This document shows positions 60,480 to 64,000 of a stretch of 64,000 bases of DNA, piece by piece. Position 1 is the first letter of the stretch. Every line of letters begins with the position of its first letter. Position numbers and translations under genes: made by a program. The stretch lies in the NCBI GenBank assembly GCA_002269645.1, contig NIVC01001309.1, positions 62,001 to 126,000 on the forward strand. The letters run 5' to 3'. Source of the stretch: Macrostomum lignano (lineage: Eukaryota). Under the pieces are notes generated by a model. It was not told the DNA's origin and made no database searches. It worked only from the letters and a program-made list of their open reading frames with translations.

Positions 60480-61900
60480 TTATACTTTCCATATCCTCCC
60501 TATATTTTCTTAATACTTTCCATACATTTTCTATACCCTTTATGCCCTCTGTATAATTTCTATGCTCTCTTTATTTTCCTTATGCTTTCCATAACATCCC
60601 TATATTCTCCATGCCTCCTATACCTTCCCTACATCCTCTATACCTTCCATACCCTCCTTATACTGTCCATAACCACCCTATATCCTCTATAACCTCCCTA
60701 TACCCTCTATGCCCCCCTTTACCCTCTATACTCTTCCTATACTTTCTATGCTCTCCTTATACCCTCTATATCCTCCCTATAGTCTCCTTATACCTTCCAC
60801 GCCCTCCCTATACCCCCCATAACCACCTTATATCCTCTATAATCTCCCTATACCTTCCATGCTCTCCTTATACTTTTCTTATATTTTCCATGCTCTCCCT
60901 ATACCCTCCATGCCCTCCCTATACTCTCCATACCCTCTTTGCCCTCCCTATACCCTCCATACCATCCATAACCTCCCTATACCCTCCATGCCCTCTATAC
61001 CCTCCATACCCTCTTGCCCTCCCTATACCCTCCCTATACCCTCCATAACCTCCCTATACCCTCCATGCTCTCCTTATACTCTCCTTGCCCTCCCTATACC
61101 CTCGCTATACCCTCCATGCCCTCTCTATACCCCTTCATGCCCTCCCTATACCCTCCATGCCCTCTTTATACCCTCCTTATACCCTCCATAATCTCCCTAT
61201 AACCTTAGTGCCTTCCCTATACTCTCCATACCCTCCTTGCCCTCCCTATACCCTCGCTATGCCCTCCATGCCCTCTCAATACCCCTTCATGCCCTCCCTA
61301 TACCCTCCATGCCCTCTCTATATTCTCCATACCCTCCGTGCCCTCCCTATACCCTCCATGCTTGCCTTTAACCTTTTATGCCCTCTCTATACCCTCCATG
61401 CCCTCCCTATACCCTTTATGCGCTCCCTATACTCTCCATACCCTCTTTGCCCTCCCTATACCCTCCATAACCTCCCTATACCCTCCATGCCCTCCCTATA
61501 CCCTCCCTATACCCTCCATGCTCTCCTTATACTCTCCTTGCCCTCCCTATACCCTCCCTATACCCTCCATACCCTCTCTATACCCCTTCATGCCCTCCCT
61601 ATACCCTCTATACCCTCCATAACCTCCCTATACCCTCAGTGCCTTCCCTATACTCTCCATACCCTCTTTGCCATCCCTATACCCTCCATGCTCTCCTTAA
61701 ACCTTCAATGCCTTCCTTATACTTTTCTTATACTCTCCATGCCCTCTTTATACCCTCCTTATACCCTCCATAATCTCCCTATTACCTCAGTGCCTTCCCT
61801 ATACTCTCCATACCCTCTTTGCCCTTCCTATACCCTCCATATCTTTTATATATCTTCCATTCCCTCCGTATACTTTTCATGCCCTCCTTGTACCCTCCAT
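60480..61900. repeat. Degenerate C-rich tandem repeat (CCCTCCCTATACCCTCCAT-like)
   Basis: Direct; source of the Pro/Ser/Tyr-rich spurious ORFs. Confidence 0.9.
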
Positions 61901-62107
61901 ACCCTCCTTTTGCCTTATTGCCTTATATGCCATATATTTTGGTCTACTAAGATTATTGTTGATGGTTGTAAATTGTGTAATAAATGGGATTAAAATATTT
62001 ATAGGCCCTTTTTGGTTTCAATGTAACATTTTTTAACAAGAGTTATTTCAAATGCATCTATACCATTTTATAAATATCTTTCTTTTTCACTTTCAGATAA
62101 TATCTAA

Positions 62108-63657
62108 ATGACACGTTCTTCAATTGTTAGGCCAACTTGTAAAATGAAGCAATGTGTTATTGGTAAGCGACAAAGGACAGTAAATGTTCCTTATGACCAA
62201 GCACGAAAGCGTTACCGATATAGATTAGATCAAGGGTAAGTACTATTCAAGCTATGTAATTCCATAGGAATTAGGTTCTTTAACACCAATATAAGTTTTG
62301 TAGGAATTAAAAGAAATAAAGAAGCGGATAATAGCATTTTTCTTCTGTGCATTTCAGACCTATTTTAATAAAAAAACAAGTTTATTCCTTTCCCTCAATT
62401 ACTAGGAGCAGTGCTAAAGAGGACGATGACAAAGATTATGTAGAAGTGGAAAATATTGGTGAAAATATTGGAATCAATGAATCTGCTTCTCGACATAAGA
62501 GACGTTGCGATAGTAGCTTTAAACGCTGGCAAGAAAATCGGAAGGCACTTTTCAATTCTTTTTGTGAGATGCAACAATGCTCTGGTCTATGCCAACTGTG
62601 CCAAACAGCTGATAGCTCATACCGCTGCCATAATTGTGGCCTTTCTAATGTCTGCGAAACATGCTTGGTTAAGCAGCATCAACATCAACCTCTTCATGCA
62701 GTTGAGAAGTGGAATGTAAGATATTTTGGTATTTATTTACGAGTATATCACTTATTTTTAAGTATGGCTATCAATTTAATTGCAGGTCTCATATCTGAGA
62801 TGCAATCAATAATGCCAATTTAAAGTATTTTAGTAGACATTCAGTATCTTGTAGTAAAAGTAAAAAGTTCTTTTGGCTTAGCAGGTTCATATTACTCCTT
62901 GTTACTTAATCAGTTATTTTCCCATTCAGGGTCACTATTTCGAACGAGTACAACAGACAATTGTTCGCCAGCTGCCGTGCTCATGTGAAATTAAAGTCTA
63001 TTCTTCTGTAGATGTCATCTTTATCACTGAAGAAGGTTTGTTTGCTTTGCAATTGATATGTTTTATTTTGATTTTGGTCTGGTAGCTACGTTAGGCATTT
63101 TATATTTATTGCTCACTATTTTTCTTGCAGCTGAGGAGATTAATGTACAACTTAATATTTGCAACTGCACTTCTCTATCCAAGTCAATTATTCTTCTTGG
63201 TTATTGGCCTATACAGGCTATCCCAGAGAAATCTCGCAAGCCAAAGGCCACTTCTATCCGTTTGATGCTTCTAATTGAATCACTTGGGCAATGCAGCAGT
63301 GCTTCACTTTTTTCCATTTGTAAGGCTCTTCAGCTGCACAAGACTCCAATGTGGAGTTTTAAGCCAGTAAGTTGTTTTAAGATTTCCATTCAGTAAATAA
63401 GCATCTTTTTATTTTTTCACTCAATTGCTTCTACGAATATTGAAAATGCACATTAATTTTCTAAATTCAATTAAAAATATTTTGCATGTACTAGCAAAGT
63501 CAAGAATTTACATTACTGTCTGTCCAAATTGTATACCTGAATTATTTAGGTCAATATATACCGGTTGCTGAATTCATTCGGTGCATTTCGGGCGTTCGAG
63601 CATCTTGTTGATGATCTTCGATGGTCTGGCAATGTGGACTGCCCTGCGTGCTTCGTT
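62108..63657 (+). CDS. CxC-domain / KDZ (Kyakuja-Dileera-Zisupton) transposase-like gene, first five exons (62108-62235, 62406-62715, 62930-63035, 63131-63366, 63550-63657); continues past the window end
   Basis: All five exons are GT-AG bounded and join without stops: ...CQLCQTADSSYRCHNCGLSNVCETCLVKQHQHQPLHAVEKWN-GHYF...LPCSC...ICNCTSLSKSIILLGYWP...SLFSICKALQ...-VNIY...DCPACFV. The C/H cluster ending H..E.W.G.YF, the G.WP motif and the CPAC motif are characteristic of CxC domains preceding KDZ transposases. Confidence 0.65.
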
Positions 63658-63757
63658 GTAAGTCGCCTCAAATAGATTTGCTTAAGGGTTCAAACATATA
63701 CCCGTAGATTTAGCTACTACAGTAAATAAATGAAGGAGATAATCAACATGTTTTAAT

Positions 63758-63794
63758 GCCGATGCATTTCGTCCACAATTGACATCGTCATGGC
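63758..63794 (-). ncRNA. Degenerate hammerhead-like motif of the same Penelope type (ATGACGA core)
   Basis: Minus strand GCC-ATGACGA-T-GTC-AATTGTG-GAC-GAAA-TGCA-TC-GGC; core C3 is replaced by A. Confidence 0.45.
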
Positions 63795-64000
63795 TTACTA
63801 AATTTATTAAATTTAACTTTTATTAAAGTTTATTAAATTTAGCTACTACACTTTTTGCTCCTCATCTTGTTGCATACGAGTATATGTCTTTGTTAGTTTG
63901 TAGGCGTAAAATAAAAAGTCCAGCTTGGCCTGTTTTCTATATTCCATTTGCAAAGTTATTAGTGGAATTCATACAGAATATTTTTACTATTAATATACTG

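Noticed and set aside
60453-61993. Pro/Ser/Tyr-rich extensin-like ORFs
   Set aside because: Overlapping frames of one degenerate C-rich repeat with frame switching.

Overview
Eukaryotic (metazoan, most likely invertebrate) genomic DNA: AT-rich introns and intergenic DNA, GC-rich exons, GT-AG introns. Host genes reconstructed by hand: PP1 catalytic subunit (5 exons, minus, 3433-11722), a rhodanese + degenerate dual-specificity-phosphatase protein (MK-STYX-like pseudophosphatase, 2 exons, minus), a small orphan membrane protein, an MXRA7-like gene, YIF1 (4 exons, minus) and OMA1 (3 exons, minus). Most larger introns are filled by their own tandem repeat, and these arrays generate most of the long repetitive ORFs in the track, which are spurious. 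The rest is nested mobile DNA, much of it delimited here by terminal inverted repeats (TIRs) and target-site duplications (TSDs). It includes a ~11.9 kb CCC...GGG (CMC/EnSpm-like) element carrying a DUF4806-like gene, a LINE and a 4 kb inner TIR element whose only gene is a BEN-domain protein. Also present: three hAT-type elements, a mariner remnant, a 3.7 kb MULE-like element, a piggyBac fossil, two tRNA-derived SINEs, and Penelope-like remnants, one with a near-perfect 277-bp inverted repeat carrying hammerhead ribozyme cores. At the right edge an in-frame, spliced CxC/KDZ-transposase-like gene runs off the window. All calls are by eye; no database searches were run, and family names rest on remembered motifs.
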